This document shows, in pieces, positions 1-14,034 of a stretch of 64,000 bases of DNA. Made by a program: the position numbers and the translations under genes. The stretch is from the human T2T-CHM13v2.0 reference genome, Homo sapiens. The DNA is taken from NCBI RefSeq assembly GCF_009914755.1, contig NC_060942.1; one strand, given 5' to 3'. The notes below the pieces were generated by a model that saw only the letters and a program-made list of their open reading frames with translations, was not told the DNA's origin and did not search any database. Positions within the stretch are counted from its first letter, which is position 1, and the number at the start of each line of letters is the position of its first letter.

Positions 1-383
1 GGAGTTTAAGCATCATTATCATGACAGGAAATTCACTTGTGCACGCTATGGAGGTTCTCGGGGAGAGATCTTTGCACCTAAGTCTGTCAAGGAATTAACT
101 GCATTTGGAGAGACAAACACAGCACAGCAGTATAACAATTCAAACATGACAAGGTAACTAAAGTGAGACTTTGTATGGGGAGGCTTTGAAGTTGAGACAA
201 GCAAGTGATGAGGGTAGGATGGGAAGGCCCAGGAAGTCAGGAGGTGGAACTTGAACTGGATACAATTCAGATAGCTGTGGAAGAGCACATGTGGGTGATG
301 TGTGTGTGTTCGTGCATGCATGTGTTTATAGACATGAGTGCCTGCAACTATGGTGTATTGTGAGCGTGCATGCATGTGCTTCT

Positions 384-679
384 TTTTTTTTTTTTTGAGA
401 CAGAGTCTTGCTCTGTCGCCCAGGCTGAAGGGCAGTGGCATGATCTTGGCTCACTGCAAGCTCCGCCTCCCGGGTTCACACCATTCCCTTCCTTCAGCCT
501 CCCGAGTAGCTGAGAGTACAGGCGCCCGCCACCAAGCCCTGCTAATTTTTTCTATTTTTAGTAGAGATGGGGTTTCACTGCGTTAGCCAGGATGGTCTTG
601 ATCTCCCGACCTCATGATCCGCCCGCCTCGTGGGATCCCAAAATGCTGGGATTACAGGCATGAGCCACCACACCCAGCC
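384..679 (-). mobile_element. AluY-like SINE
   Basis: Reverse Alu with poly-T; 16-bp TSD GCATGCATGTGCTTCT at 368-383 and 680-695. Confidence 0.95.
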
Positions 680-1469
680 GCATGCATGTGCTTCTACGTG
701 AGCATGCATGTGCATATGTTGTGTGCACTTGTGCACGTGTAAGCATGTGTAGGGAGGGAAGGAAGGGATTGTCATGAAGTCTGCAGGAGAAATGGGCTGG
801 CGTCGTGGATATCAGTCTGACACATGAGGACGATGAGGCTCAGGAAAGCGAGGCAACTTGCTCAAGACTGCACATCTGGTCGGTGGCAGAACTCAAGCTG
901 TCCCCAGGCATCCCGACAGCATTTGCAGGATGTTCCCAGCACACGCATCAGCTCCTACCCACATACAGCCAGGGCTGAATCAGTGTGCGTGCCCTGACCC
1001 GCTTCTCCACAGGCAGAGTGCCCTTCTAGGCACAGGAAGGAATGTCAGTTCCATCCTGTGACGGCTGTCCTCCTCCCTCTGCCTCAGGGGTCACTTCACT
1101 CCAATAAATCATCCCAGGCAGCCCTGACCCAGGAGAGAAGAAAGTTGCCTTGCCCTTTTACGCTGACACCTCAGCTCCAGCTCTATCCCCAGATAAAGTC
1201 ACAAGGCACTAGAGTGTCAGGTGGGGACATGTGTGTTTTGTTTCAATGGCAGAGTAGTGGGCAGTTTGTGCACAGCTTCCTTAAGGAAACAAAGCATTTC
1301 TGTTGTGGAAGTAAAAACTTTGGTTGGTTTATGAGTTGTGACAGGTAAGGAAATAAAAATGTGGAATAACCCAAATGTCAATTCAGATAGAAAATTAAGA
1401 AATAGTCAGATTTCCCTCCCTGGGCTAGGCGTTCAGCACTCCCAACTCTATAATGTCAGTGCTCTGATC

Positions 1470-1595
1470 GTGCCCATTTTACAGACAAGGAAACTGAGGC
1501 TTGGAGAAGTTTAGGAGTTTGCCCAAGTCACACAGCTAGAAATCATGGGGCCAGGATTTAGATTCAGATAGTCTGATTTCAGGGCCTGTGTTCTC
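1470..1595 (-). mobile_element. MIR SINE
   Basis: cccattttacagacaaggaaactgaggc...ttgcccaagtcacacagcta core. Confidence 0.85.
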
Positions 1596-2293
1596 ATGAG
1601 GATATACTGCCTTCAATGGAAGAAAGTAGGGAGAATTCTCCCATAAGCACAAAACTTTATTCAGATTTCCTAAAACACAGGACCATTTAAAAACTCTCTT
1701 AATAAAAAGCTGATGGCAGGCCTCTCCCTGTCGTCACCCTCGACATGCATGTACATGCGCTCACGCTCGCACACACACACACACACAGTGTCCACATCAC
1801 TGCTCACCCCAGCCTTCCCAACTCAGCCCAAATTCCTTCCTTGTGAGTGTCCCTCCACTGATAATTAAGGCTTCAGCCAGCCAGTTGCTGATTTCTGATT
1901 CCCATTTAATCTCCACAAGGACTTTCAATACTTACAGCTCTTGCTTCTCAATATTTCAGTGTATTAAAGGAAAACTCTTGGGGGCAGGAAGATGACATCT
2001 CCACGAACAGGTAACTGCAGGGCGGTACAGACAGAGAATACTTCCAGCTTTGCTCAGAAGGACAGATTTATCAGAAGTACTGGTGAGGGCTAGAAGTCAA
2101 GGTGAGAAGCTTTCAGAATGGGGGTGTGCACGTGTGCTTGTATGTGTTTAATGTATTTTCAAGTAACAACTAAAAGTTTCTGCCTTATGTGGTCAATGGG
2201 AATCTGGTGATTTATTTGAGCTGAGGACTTCAGGACATATAGACACAAACCACTATCACTGTGCCTCATTCTATAGCTGAGGACATGTGCACA

Positions 2294-2295
<2 letters not shown>

Positions 2296-2347
<52 letters not shown>
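2296..2347. repeat. (GT)26 microsatellite
   Basis: Perfect dinucleotide run. Confidence 0.97.
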
Positions 2348-2349
<2 letters not shown>

Positions 2350-2934
2350 CTCACAAGGAGAAAAAGGACCAGGGAGCAAGGCTGACACAGATTGAGGGGT
2401 ACCCATTTGGAATTTTCTTTGTAACTCTGTTTACCATTGAAGAGACCCACTTGCTCCTGTAGGGAAGGCCAACGCCCACCCCCACCATCCCAGACTAAAG
2501 TCATAAATCTCAAGCCTGTGGGAAAAGGGCCCACCCTTCCTAAGCTGAGATAGACAGAGACGCTGGCCCAGACAGACAGAGTGTGGAAACTTCCACTGGC
2601 CTGCATTTGACCTCCCTACCTCCAAGTTTTGCATCTTAAAGGGACCCCGACTGATAGAGAGCAAGCTGGCTGGACAGCCCAGATCTGTCTGCTGATTTCA
2701 GGCTGTTATCCTTGAGCAAAGGGAAGCTTCTCTGTTTTATTCAATACCTAGGATATCTTAAAAACTGGGAAAGAGTCAGAGTGTCCTTTAAATTCAGAAG
2801 AGTGAGGTTATTTTAATCTATTTCTGAAAAAGCTAACCTGTGTCCAGGGGTTAGCCCGGTGAGTGTGACCATCCTGGGGAGTGTGAGGAAGGCAGAACTC
2901 CTGGTCTTTAGCTGTCCTGCGTCAAGCAAGCCGC

Positions 2935-2984
2935 CCACCTCTCTCGGCCTCTACCTTTCCACCTCTCTCGGCCTCTACCTTTCC
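2935..2984. repeat. Perfect 24-bp tandem duplication
   Basis: CCACCTCTCTCGGCCTCTACCTTT x2. Confidence 0.95.
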
Positions 2985-3683
2985 TGATCACTTCATTGGA
3001 CAGTTACTGGGTTCAAAGTCAAAATGGTCAGTATTCAAGAGGAGGGCCTATAAAATGATGTTAAAACCTTTTTAACAGGCAAGTGCAAGTGATTCATGAA
3101 TAAGAGACCCACCCCAGGATCTTTCAGGAGAAGATGGTGAAGATGTGCAGAAGGGCAGCCACATCCCTCACAACCTGTTCTACACTTCCTGGGTCAGGGG
3201 AGGTGTCACAGGCTTGACCCGGGCGGTTCTTTCCAGTGCTCTTATGCTCAGTTCACTGCAATCAAACCAACATGGGTGTTCAGCTGTCCTGATCCCCTCA
3301 TTCAAACATTCATGAAAGTGCCCAGCTCCCAATCCTGAGAGGCGGTGGGGGCACCAGACCCCTCAAAATGGCAGCATCGAGGTCCCAGTCATCATGAGCA
3401 GCCTCCCTCCTGTGTCTTCCTGAGGGATCCTTCACTCCCACTGCCATCCCCAGCAGGCTTGTGCCTTGCCCCCGCCTCACCTCACCCACCTAATGAGCTT
3501 CATGGCCTATGGCCTGCAGGACCAGGCTAACTGATGAGCTCTATGGGCACAGCCAGTGTGTCCCTACCTCATGATTGGAGCCATGGCTGCCCCATATAGC
3601 ATCTCCACCAGAGAAGCAGGGGGCTGCTCTCTCCTTGCCTTCAGGGGACGTGCTGTCTAGCTGGAGGAGTTCTGCTGGCTAAA

Positions 3684-4085
3684 TGTGTTATGGTCCCTCC
3701 CCATTTGAGGCACATGGTAGGACTGTACTTCCTCCTCATTGTGATGGGCAGAGCCACGAGAGTGGTTCTGAAGAATGAGTTGTAAGCAAAAATGTCATGT
3801 CATTTCTGAGCCACAGAATTAATTGCTGAGGCAAGACTTCAGAAAGCATTCTTTTATCCTTGGCATGAGGTACCAGCAACATTCAAGAAGGCAGCTCCTT
3901 TGTCACCTAGCCTGCCTGATGAGCAGCCCTTTGTCAGCCCAAGTCCCTGAATGACAATACGAAGTAGAGGCCAGCACCTACCTATGTATTATAGTATAAG
4001 TAAGAGCTAACCCTTGGTTGTCTTAATCCACAGAGACTTGAGGGGTCGTTACTGCAGCATAACCTAACCTATCCTGACTGATACA
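3684..4085 (+). mobile_element. MLT1 (J/I-like) MaLR LTR
   Basis: Ends with cagcataacctaacctatcctgactgataca, a typical MLT1 3' end. Confidence 0.7.
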
Positions 4086-7000
4086 GAAATGTGCGGCATA
4101 TCAATCTGGAATAAAACAAGAGTAATACAGGGCTATGGATAGTTATGTTTTGGACACTATGGAATTGATGGTAAATTCTGGATCCAGTAAAAGAAGAGGA
4201 ATGTATTGTAAGCTGTTATGGACTGAGAGCATTTCCAGGAGACTGAGTAGGATTTAAATTAGCTTGATGGAAGTAGGAGGAAGTGCCCACCTCTCCCATT
4301 TCTCCCTAAACATTAGGTACCGATTCTAGCCTAAGTTGCACTTCCAACATTTCACTAGTTAGGAGGGCATGGGCCTTCAATTTCACCCCTCATGCCCCAC
4401 TGTCCTTATCCCAACTGCTTCTCAACACAGAGCTTCAATCTTCTATTTATTTCTATCTTCACCCATCCTTACCTCCAGTCTGAAAAAATCTGTTGCCCTT
4501 CTCCCGTCTAAACCCAGTTCTCTCTCTCTACTGGTTTCTCACCAATAGCCTATAAATGCTCTCAACTATCTCCCTATTTGAAATAAAACTCATCTCTTAA
4601 CCTTGAACTAACCCCTTTACTCTATTCTAAATGATTCATTAATATACCAGTGCTACACTTTCTTACTCCCTTAGAATCTACTATGAGCTTCCTCCTTACA
4701 AAATAAAATTCAAGATTTAGAGATCCAATGCCATAAAAAGCAACTCAAGGTATATTTAATTCAGACTTCATATCTCATCCCTGGCCAGCATTAGCCATCT
4801 CACAACAATATATCTGGGAAATCAATATTCTATGAAATAAGGATTTCAAGGAGAAAGTCCACCCTAGCTGACTACATGTGGGTAATTAGGTAAGCTGTAG
4901 TGACAGTGGACCTGATTTACTACCAAATGCTCATGCTATTATGGCAAAGTTAGCTGGCTCATTAAATAATCTGTCTACCAAGAGTGTGAGTCCACACCGA
5001 TAACCACTCCAAATGACAGTGGGAGACACAGCCCTGGGAAGGGAGCCAGGAGTCCTTAGGCCTCTTTCCAGCCATCGACCAACCAGCTGTGTGACCTTGG
5101 GCTAGTCACATTCTTTCTTCAGGCTTCAGTTTGCAGCCTACCCCCCTTCATTCTTAATCAAGAGAGTTTGACTAAAAGCCCTGCAATGGCTTTTAAAACT
5201 GCAAAATCCCTTGACTCTCATCATTGTTTTCTGTGCTAAATTATAGAGTCATCAAAAATGAAGAAAAAATTGGAACTGTTTCAAATGGTTCCAGATAATC
5301 ATGAAAAAGTGTCTTTCATCCTATAGCAAGTGTGTGGCATTGAGGGGCACCAGCTGGAGAGGGAGCAATGTGGGCTCGTATGTGGTCAGCATCTCTTGAC
5401 AGCAAAGAAGGATGAAGAACACAGCCCTCTATCCTCATTTTAGCTCCATCCCTAATTTTCCATGTGACTTTAAACCTGTCACTCAACCACCCTGGGCTAC
5501 CCTTTGGCTCCAAAATTCTATGACATCTGATACGTTCTTTAAGACCCAGGCTCCAGACTCCCTACACCCTCACCTATCTCACCTTGAAATGAAGCTCCTC
5601 TTGGATTATATGCCTGGCATTTAGCCCAGATGGTAGATCTTAAAGCACCCTCCTCTAAGTTCAACCACACCTATATGTACCCAAATACCAGAATCTGAGA
5701 GTGAGAAGAGAATAAGAGCACTTTAGAGAAAGCATAGCTGCAGGCACTGAGTCCATTGCATTCTGGAGCATGGTACGTTGGAATTATAAAATTCCTAAAA
5801 ATTGTAGCCACCCTTTACAATTTACATAGGATGTTGATCAAGCAATATACCTTCTATCCTTTTACTTGATCCTAACAAACCCCTTATCCTCTGTCCTCCC
5901 ATCCAGGACCACATGCCTTTGTTAATACATGGCAGGAGGCCAGGCACCAGGACCATGCACCTCCTCCTGGAGTATCATTTGGTACCAAGATTGTGAAATG
6001 AGACAAGGAGAGTGTTTAGAAATTAGAAGTTGTAAATAATGTTTCCTTATTTCTACTTTCAACAAACTCAGATAAATCATGAAATTTATTGTGTCTCTCT
6101 CCACTAGAATAGAACAACATAAAACTAGGGTCTTTTTTATTGTTGCTCTGTGTTGAGTCCCAAGTGCTTACAGTAGTGCCATGCATGTAGTAGGCACTCA
6201 GTAAAATTATGATGAATGGAGGAAAGAACATTGTATATGAGTTGTTAAGGTAAAACTTGAGACTTTGGAGAAATGACATGTCATTAAAGGTGTGTCACTT
6301 TAGGCTCTAACTCTAGACTCCTCAGAGTTTATTGGTTGATTCTCCTGTGCCTTTGGGGCACTTCCTGAAGACTGATTAACTCCCCTTTAAGGAGGAGGAA
6401 GCCAGTACTGTAGATGAATAAATAACACACTCAAAGACACACAATCCATAAATAACGGAGGCCAGGACAGGACACATGTCAATTTGACAAACATTTATTT
6501 AATAAATTCTTTGTGCTGAGCATTGGGTTAGTTGTACTTTCAAACACAATGGAGCCATGAGGGACTGTTGCTCCCAGCTGGCTTTCTTCCTGGCAGCCTG
6601 CTCTTTTCTCTGGAAAGCTGTCCACATCCAGGCTCTGCCTGGGGGCTCTTCCCTCCAAGATGCTATGCCACAAAGCCCTCTAGTTCTCCTCTCCTGACAA
6701 TGAGCCGGCTGGCCCTTTTCAGTTTCAAGGATTTACTGGTAGATGCTTTGAGGCTACAGAAGGGAGTATTAAAAATAAACGTGATCATTATAAAATTCTA
6801 AGAAATCAGACAACGTCTTTAAAGTAATGGTCCTAGTCTGTAGCTCCTGACTCCTTGCTGAGCATTACACAGAAGTCTTAAGATGGCCTTTCCACTGCTC
6901 CGCTCAACGGGGCCCACATCTTATGTTTTCTTCTCTGGGTCCATATTTTTTTATTATACCAGCCAAGATCACTCATATCTGCCAGACTCCCCAGCCTGCC

Positions 7001-7171
7001 AAGACAACGGCAGTCTGATCCATTACTTGAAGAGCCACCAAAAATCAGAGAAAACTGATGTCTGAAACAACAGAAACATTTTCTCATTGAGTAAAATATA
7101 ATATGGGTTGATTGATAGGGTTGGTTGAACATTATCTGTACCTACAGTTATACCTGCTTGCTCCTCCAGGG

Positions 7172-7342
7172 GCAGTGGTTCACTCCCTGGCTGCACATTA
7201 GATCCACCTGGGGAGCTTTTAAAACAGTGCATAGACCCCATCCTGGACCAATTAAACCAAAATCTCTGGGGTAGAGTCCAGATATGGATTTTTTTAAAGC
7301 TCCCCAGTGATTCTAATATATAGCCAGAACTGAGAGCTACCG
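7172..7342. mobile_element. MER5A-type hAT-Charlie MITE
   Basis: cagtggttc...cacctggggagcttttaaa...aaagctccccag...tgattctaat inverted architecture. Confidence 0.75.
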
Positions 7343-8389
7343 CTATGATCAACTTGTTTCCTTTCCTCTGGGGTATCTGAAACTTTGTGATTAGGTCAGT
7401 CTTTAAAGCTGTTCAGAGTTAATTAACACATATGCATTTAGACTGGCTCCATTGAGCCAGCCAAGGCAATTCCCAAAATAGAATTCAAGGGTTCAGAACT
7501 ACCTTCCGTCTTCTTTCCTAAAAGCATGTGATAAGATGCCCCCAACAAATCACCACGTAAATATCCTACTGACCCTGAAGACATCTAAAACATAACCACT
7601 GACCTCTTATGCTAGTGTTCTCTCTTGGAGTTTCCAGGTTCTTTTGCCTTCTGTCAAGACCCTCAACACCTAGTCCCAACATCTTTTCCAAGTTATCTTC
7701 CACTAAATCTCTCAACACATACCCCATTCCTGGCAATTGATCTACTCATTGTCTTCACTTTACACCCCCATTTTAGACTGCCATGTTTAACCCTGGCATT
7801 CACCTGCCTGAGCTGACCAGGAGTGCCCCTCCTCACTATTCATCTATCTGTAACCTATCTTTAAGTCTCAATCCAGAACTCATCTTTGAGATGCAACCTT
7901 CTCAGTGTGACCACTCCAGCTCTCAGAAGCTGCTTCCTCTTCTGAGGTTATTGTCATCGTATATACCACTTATTGGGGCACTTCAGGTATACTCATTCTA
8001 TGGGCAAGTGTGTGTGCATTCCCCACTGGGCTGTAACACTTACAAATGGTGGAAATCAAGATTTCTCGATTGTGCAACCCAATGTAAAATAATGAAAGCC
8101 TGGGCTCCCTTTATTCTGAGAGGTTTAAAAAAAAATTCTATAAGGATGAGTACGTAATAAATTATTTGATCGTTAAGACGACCTTATGAAGCATCATTGT
8201 TATTGTCACCATGTTGGCAGTTAAAAAACCAAGTGGAGAATAGTCCGCCTTTATCCCCCAAAACACCAAGACAGACAGAAAAATGGGCACAAGGAAACCA
8301 AGACTCAGAGTGAGTCACACAGCCTTTAATAACATAGCCAGAGCCAAAATTCAGGGTCTACACTGCCAGCTCAGTGTTCTTTCAACTAA

Positions 8390-8548
8390 TAGATTGATTC
8401 ACAAATTTTAGCATGCATCAGAATCACCTAGAAGGCTTGTTGAAATGATTGATAGGTCTGGACTGGGTCCTGATAACTGCATTTCTAGCAGGTTTCTAGA
8501 TGATGCTTATGGCACTGACCCAGGCTCCATACTTTTGAGAAATACTGC
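8390..8548. mobile_element. MER5-type MITE
   Basis: gcatcagaatcacctagaaggcttgtt...ctgcatttctagcagg...tttgagaaatactg. Confidence 0.65.
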
Positions 8549-11520
8549 TTCAATATAAGCTTCTTTCTTGAAAGAAGAGAGATAGAAACAGGGATTCCAG
8601 CCCCACCAGAAGAGATGTTAGAGATGTTAGAAAAGCAAACCAAATGTCATATGGAAATAATAAGAAATAATAAATAACTGAATTTATTTCAACAAAAGAT
8701 TTTCTACAAGAGTAATTTGTTATAAGTTACAAATAAAAACTCAAAGTCATAATACAGAAATCATTCTTACTAAGACTTCAGGCCAAAATATCAATATGTT
8801 CAAAGGGGCTGAAATGAATTCAGGCATTATACATCCATAATACATTAGAAACAATTCATTAAAAATGGCAGAGAAAGAATGGAAGCCAGACCACCCATAC
8901 TCTGAAAATTCCCTTACATGGGATGTGGCTTGGCAGCAAATCAATTGATCCCTCCATCAATCTGCCTATCACTTAATCAATGGCCCTTTTCTACATATCA
9001 ACTTTATGCCACTAAATTCTGTAGGCCAATGAGTAAAATGTAAACATGGCCCAGCACAGAGTTCCTGCTCATCAAAAATATATCATCTAGTTTAAGACAA
9101 AATCTACAACTGGGAAAATTTAGACAACAGTGTTGAAACCTTATTAAAATTAAGTAGAAATGACATATGATATAGATGTTCAGAAAATAGAGATCAAGGC
9201 AAACTGGATTAGAGAAAAATATGTATTCACATGGCTGTAAGCTAGGGCTTAGTACAGTGTCAATTACTAGTCATCGTATGAATTAATGAATAAACAAAGT
9301 TTAGGAAGTTAAACTAGATCTTTTTAAATGGGTAGGATTTGGATGGGATGGAGAGAAGAGCGAATGGTATTTGAGACAGAATTAGTGTCATGAGTCAATT
9401 GACAGGAAGGAACCTGCTTGCCTGCACGTGCATGTGTGTATGTGCACCTATATGCATGTGTGCTTGTGTATGCATGTGTGTGTAATGTAGGGGAGTTATG
9501 GGGAGAAGGAGCATGGAGAAGTAGTGAAGGGGCTTGTGCTACCAGACAGAAGGTTCATGGAAGAGAAGAGGATAGTGGTGAGAGGTAGGTTAAAGACAGT
9601 AGATTAGGTCCAGAATATCCCATAGGTCTTCAGGGTTCTTCCTATAGACTGGAGCAGCCATTGCTGACTCTTGAGCTGAGGTGGTTTGGGAGTGGAGTTA
9701 AAGTTGAAAGCAGTACCACCCTACAAAAACCGTCCCACCCTCAAGGGAGAGGGCTGGAGAAAGACTCAGCTCTCTGCAGGTTGACACAATAGACCAACAA
9801 CACACACTGCCTCTGCCCTTTGCACAGACCCTCTCCTAACATTTGCATACCTAGGGCACAAGTACATATGGAAGCTGACATATACCATATGGGTAAATAT
9901 GCAAGAGTTATAAATCAAGATAACAAATGTCAAATACGTTTCTTCCTCCTTCATTGACAAATGTACCTTTTCATCAACCGAAAAGCAAAGTTTGAATTTC
10001 AAATTCTCAGAATTCTCAGCTTTCTGTAGCAAAGCTGGAGGCCTCTGGCCTATACCTCTCCTCTCTTCCCACGCTTGGCTCCATCCTACATTTTATGAGA
10101 CCTGGGCATATGCATATGAACATCCTAGGCCATGTGTCCAAGCTTTTCTACAGCCTCCTATAAATAGCCACCACTTGGCCTCCTTCAAGTCCTGAAATGT
10201 ACACATCACCAGTGATATCTATCCTCAGAAAGATGAAGCAAGGAGGAGCTCTGTCCACACCGACCATGGAAGTGGGTCTGGATCCATTTATTCAGGAAAT
10301 TGCAGATCCCAGGTAACCCTAGTGAGGTGAAAAAGAGGGCAGTGAACTCCACGTGAGCACTATTTCTGGGCCCTGTGGGTTTCTTGACCATGAAAAGGCA
10401 TGGTAAAAGGAAGGTCAGAGTGGGGAATCTGAATCAGGGAGCTCTCTTGCCTGGGACAGAGGGTGATTCAGTCGCTGAGCTACAGTGAGTCTGGATTTCA
10501 CTGCCACAACCCACTGTCAGGTAGCCCCCTCCCTCCATGCCCCTGTCATTCTCCCCATGTTATAAGTTTCTCCCTTCTAGCTGGTGATGGAAGGGTCACT
10601 AAATCAAAGCTGCCAGCCTGGGCTCTCAGATCCCCACTTTGATGGAGAACTCAGTCTATGGGGAACCAAGCCAAACAAAGCATCCTACAGGGTTTTCACC
10701 TGCAGAGATTGTAGTTCATCCTTCACAGTCTCTCCCCTTCACACACACTAGGCACCCGCAGATCTAGGGCTTCAGAAGCTCGTCTCATCACTTCCTTTTC
10801 AATCCCCACGTGAGCACTTGTGCTCTCCTTCAAGTGCTCCAAGGTAATTTTAAAGAACACCGCATTTTGCTTTCATTTTCCTCTGGCCTGGCCTTCCCAT
10901 AAATCAGGGCTGAAGCAGAACTTGAGAGAACTGGGCTAATCAAGACTTCAATCTCAAGAAACGTTTAAATATAAATCAAAATAGTTGAAGGCTCTCCAGA
11001 TCCTCAATTTTCTTTGAAAGCCTAGTTTGTCTTGTTCTTTTTTTTTTTTTTCTTCCCACTTTTTTTTCTTGTTGGCCATGCTGGGCTCTGAATTTCCTCC
11101 TGGTGCCCCTAGAAATATTTCTGAGTAGTTCTCGATGTTTTCTTTGAGACACTGTACGAAGCAATACAAGAGAGATATTCCTGGTGCCCCGGCTGGGGAG
11201 CAGAGGCCATCTACAGCATCTTGCTCTAACTTGAAGGATTTCAAATTTTAAGAATTAAATGATCTTAAAGAGTCATAAATAGTGATTTGGCAGTCAAAGG
11301 GAATAAAAATGAAATCTGCAGAACTGTAACTCTAATCATCTCTCCTGTTTCAGATACTTATGACTGTAACAAACTGTCCCGGCTTAGTGTTACAAAACAA
11401 CAATAGTCATTTAGTATGATTGTCTCTCCTGGTTCTAGGAGCTGATGGGCACTTCCTGCTTGGAAACACCCAGGCAGTTTCAGTCTGGGTGTTTGGAGAG
11501 AAGGTGGCTGGAGCAGGGGC

Positions 11521-11818
11521 TTTTTTTTTTTTTTTTTTTTTGAGATGGAGTCTCTCTCACTCACTCTGTCGCCCAGGCTGGAGTACAATGGCGCGATCTC
11601 GGCTCACTGTAACCTCCGCCTCCCAGGTTTAAGCAATTCTCCTCCCTCGGTCTCCTGAGTAGCTGGGACAACAGGCACACGCCACCACGCCCGGCTAATT
11701 TGTTTGTGTTTTTAGTAGAGACGGGTTTCACCATATTGGCCAGGCTGGTCTCGAACTCCTGACCTCATGATCCACCTGCCTCGGCCTCCCAAAGTGCAGG
11801 GATTACAGGAATGAGCCA
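11521..11818 (-). mobile_element. AluS SINE inserted in an MLT1 LTR
   Basis: Reverse Alu with slightly truncated 5' end; TSD CTGGAGCAGGGG on both sides. Confidence 0.93.
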
Positions 11819-11963
11819 CTGGAGCAGGGGTCTTCTTAAAGGCTTCTTCAGTGTCTGGCACCTGGGCTGAGAAGGCTGGAACAGCAGGGGCTCCTTGCCT
11901 CTCCCTCCCTGTCTCTGTGGTCTCTCCATGTGGTCCTTCCAGCCTGGCAGACTTCCTACACTG

Positions 11964-12488
11964 TGTTTTAAAATTTAGCCCGCATTATTCAGATGTGGTG
12001 AGGCCAATGGATCAAGAGACAACTGCCATTGCAAGGACAGTTTGTTATACTCAGAGATGCCAAGGGGATGGGCATGGCACGCCGAGGGGAGCCACATGGG
12101 AAACACAGGCACCAGGGTTGTGGGGCTGGAATTTGGTCAAGAGCCTTTATTGTATTCCTGTGGAAAGGAATGGGCAAGGGAGGCAGGGCAAGTAGGTTTA
12201 GGATTGTCTAGTTTGAATAATTTCAGCAGGCTCTAGGGCATAGCAGCTGTTCTTAGTTGTCTGGTACAGGGCCTTGGGGTGATTAGGCCTGAAACAGAGA
12301 GGTCTGGAGTGAGAGAACTCCACAAAAGAGGTAGTTGGGGCACAGGCTCTGGTTATTTGGTTTGCATATGAAGGGCACCCTCCCAGGGGAGTTGTTTCTT
12401 ATCTCTAGGAATTAGCTAACCTCCAGGGTCAGCAAGGCCTCAGACATCAAAGCATCAAAATACCGAGAATAAAAACATACTTAATACA
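11964..12488 (-). mobile_element. MER74/MER73-like ERVL solo LTR
   Basis: Reverse complement begins tgtattaagtatgtttttattctc...gccttgctgaccctggaggttagctaattcctagagata, matching the remembered MER74-group 5' end. Confidence 0.65.
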
Positions 12489-14034
12489 CATGGTAGATGA
12501 GGGATTCAAAAGCTTCTCCAAAGCTACAGAGCTTTGGATATCTGGAGCTACAAGATAGCTCCAGGAAGGAGCTATCTTGCCTTTTATGAGCTAGCTTCAA
12601 AGTCATACAGTATCACTTCTGCTACTTTCTATTTGTAAGAGGAGAGTCACTAAGGCCAGCCCATAATCAAGAGAATTGGACTTCACCTGTTGATAGAAGA
12701 AGCATCACACAATTTGTGAATCTGTTTTAAAACCAGCAATCTTTCATAATAGAGTATTCACAAAATGTCATTTGTGATTAATGGGCCCCTTTCCCCATCC
12801 CTTAGAACCCAGAAGCCTTTGACTCAAAAGGTGCTAAATCCAATTGCCCATCTGTTAGCACCCCATTTCCCAAGCCAAAATGCTAGACAGGGTGATACTG
12901 TTCTGACTGTAAAATGAAAATGACAGGGGTTGAGACTGAGAAGTTGTGATCCCATTGCTGTGAAGTACAGCAACATGTCCATAGTGAAATTTATCATTAG
13001 TCAAAGTTCACAGGCCAAAATCTCCCAAGTCAACTCCATGAATAATATAAAGAAAGGAGAAAACTAGCTCTGCCCTACAGGAATTTGCACTCTGGTGGAG
13101 GGGAAAAGTCATTAATTACTTAATGAAGGACATGGCATTCAGAAAAATAATAAATTATTCTTTGGGGAGTAATGAGAGAAGGCTCCATGGAAAAGGTGGA
13201 CCTTAAAGGACATAGAGGCAGCTCACAATCCACTTCCATGGATAACTCACTCCATTCCAAGGCCCTAAAATTTCTTTAGCCCTGTGGGCCATATTTCCTG
13301 GTCTGTCCCACAAACAAAATGTGTACCCCCTTCCCCTAGACCCTACCATTTCCCTGTCTGAAAGGCTCTCCTCTTTCTCCTTTAACCATTCAAGTCCTGT
13401 CCTGCTTTGGAGTTCACTTTCTCCACGAGCCCCTTTCTGACATCTCCCAAACAACCATCACCCTCTCTACAACACCTTTAGGGCCTAGACCTTCTACCAC
13501 AAATTTCATCACTCACTTACATGTCACCATTTTCATGTGGTTCGTTATGACTTCATAATTGTTGACTTGTTTTTCTCCATCTTGATTTTGGTTATTGCAG
13601 ACCATAAACCACACATTCTTCTTGCCCTTAATGCCACCCACTGTCTCAAGGCCAAGCCTAAGCATACAGTAGCTACTCCATGTATATTTTGGGAGTGGTT
13701 GACTGGTGGTATAAATGTAGTGTTGTCGAACTGCGTTGATCCAGGGCCCCCCAGGGACCACCCTGCAGAAAAGAGCCAAGGAGTAAGAAAGGTACAGGGT
13801 TCTAGGGCCCTATGCCACCTTCAACAGTATAGGTACTCTTTTGACTGGCTTTCCATATTGGAATACATACAATTTTGCCTGAAGGTAGAACTCTGTGTCC
13901 AACCAATTATTGAAAACCACCAATGTTATAGACATAGCATTGAATTAGGAACTGAAGCTTTGCCTCCTCAAGCCTCTGATTCCTCATTCCAACAATGGAG
14001 ATAATTATTACTCCTGTCCTTTTCTCTCACAGAG

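Larger units (their letters stand above)
11355..12738 (-). mobile_element. MLT1 LTR interrupted by an Alu and a MER74-like LTR
   Basis: MLT1-like blocks at 11355-11520, 11819-11960 and 12489-12738 rejoin across the inserts (acttcctaca...catggtag). Confidence 0.65.

Noticed and set aside
338-586. ORFs with [15 protein letters not shown] / [11 protein letters not shown] motifs (also at 11420, 26494, 28710, 52027, 53610, 63454)
   Set aside because: Translations of Alu sequence.
13537-14004. 155-aa ORF with hydrophobic N-terminus
   Set aside because: No recognisable homology, and no exon boundaries linking it to anything.
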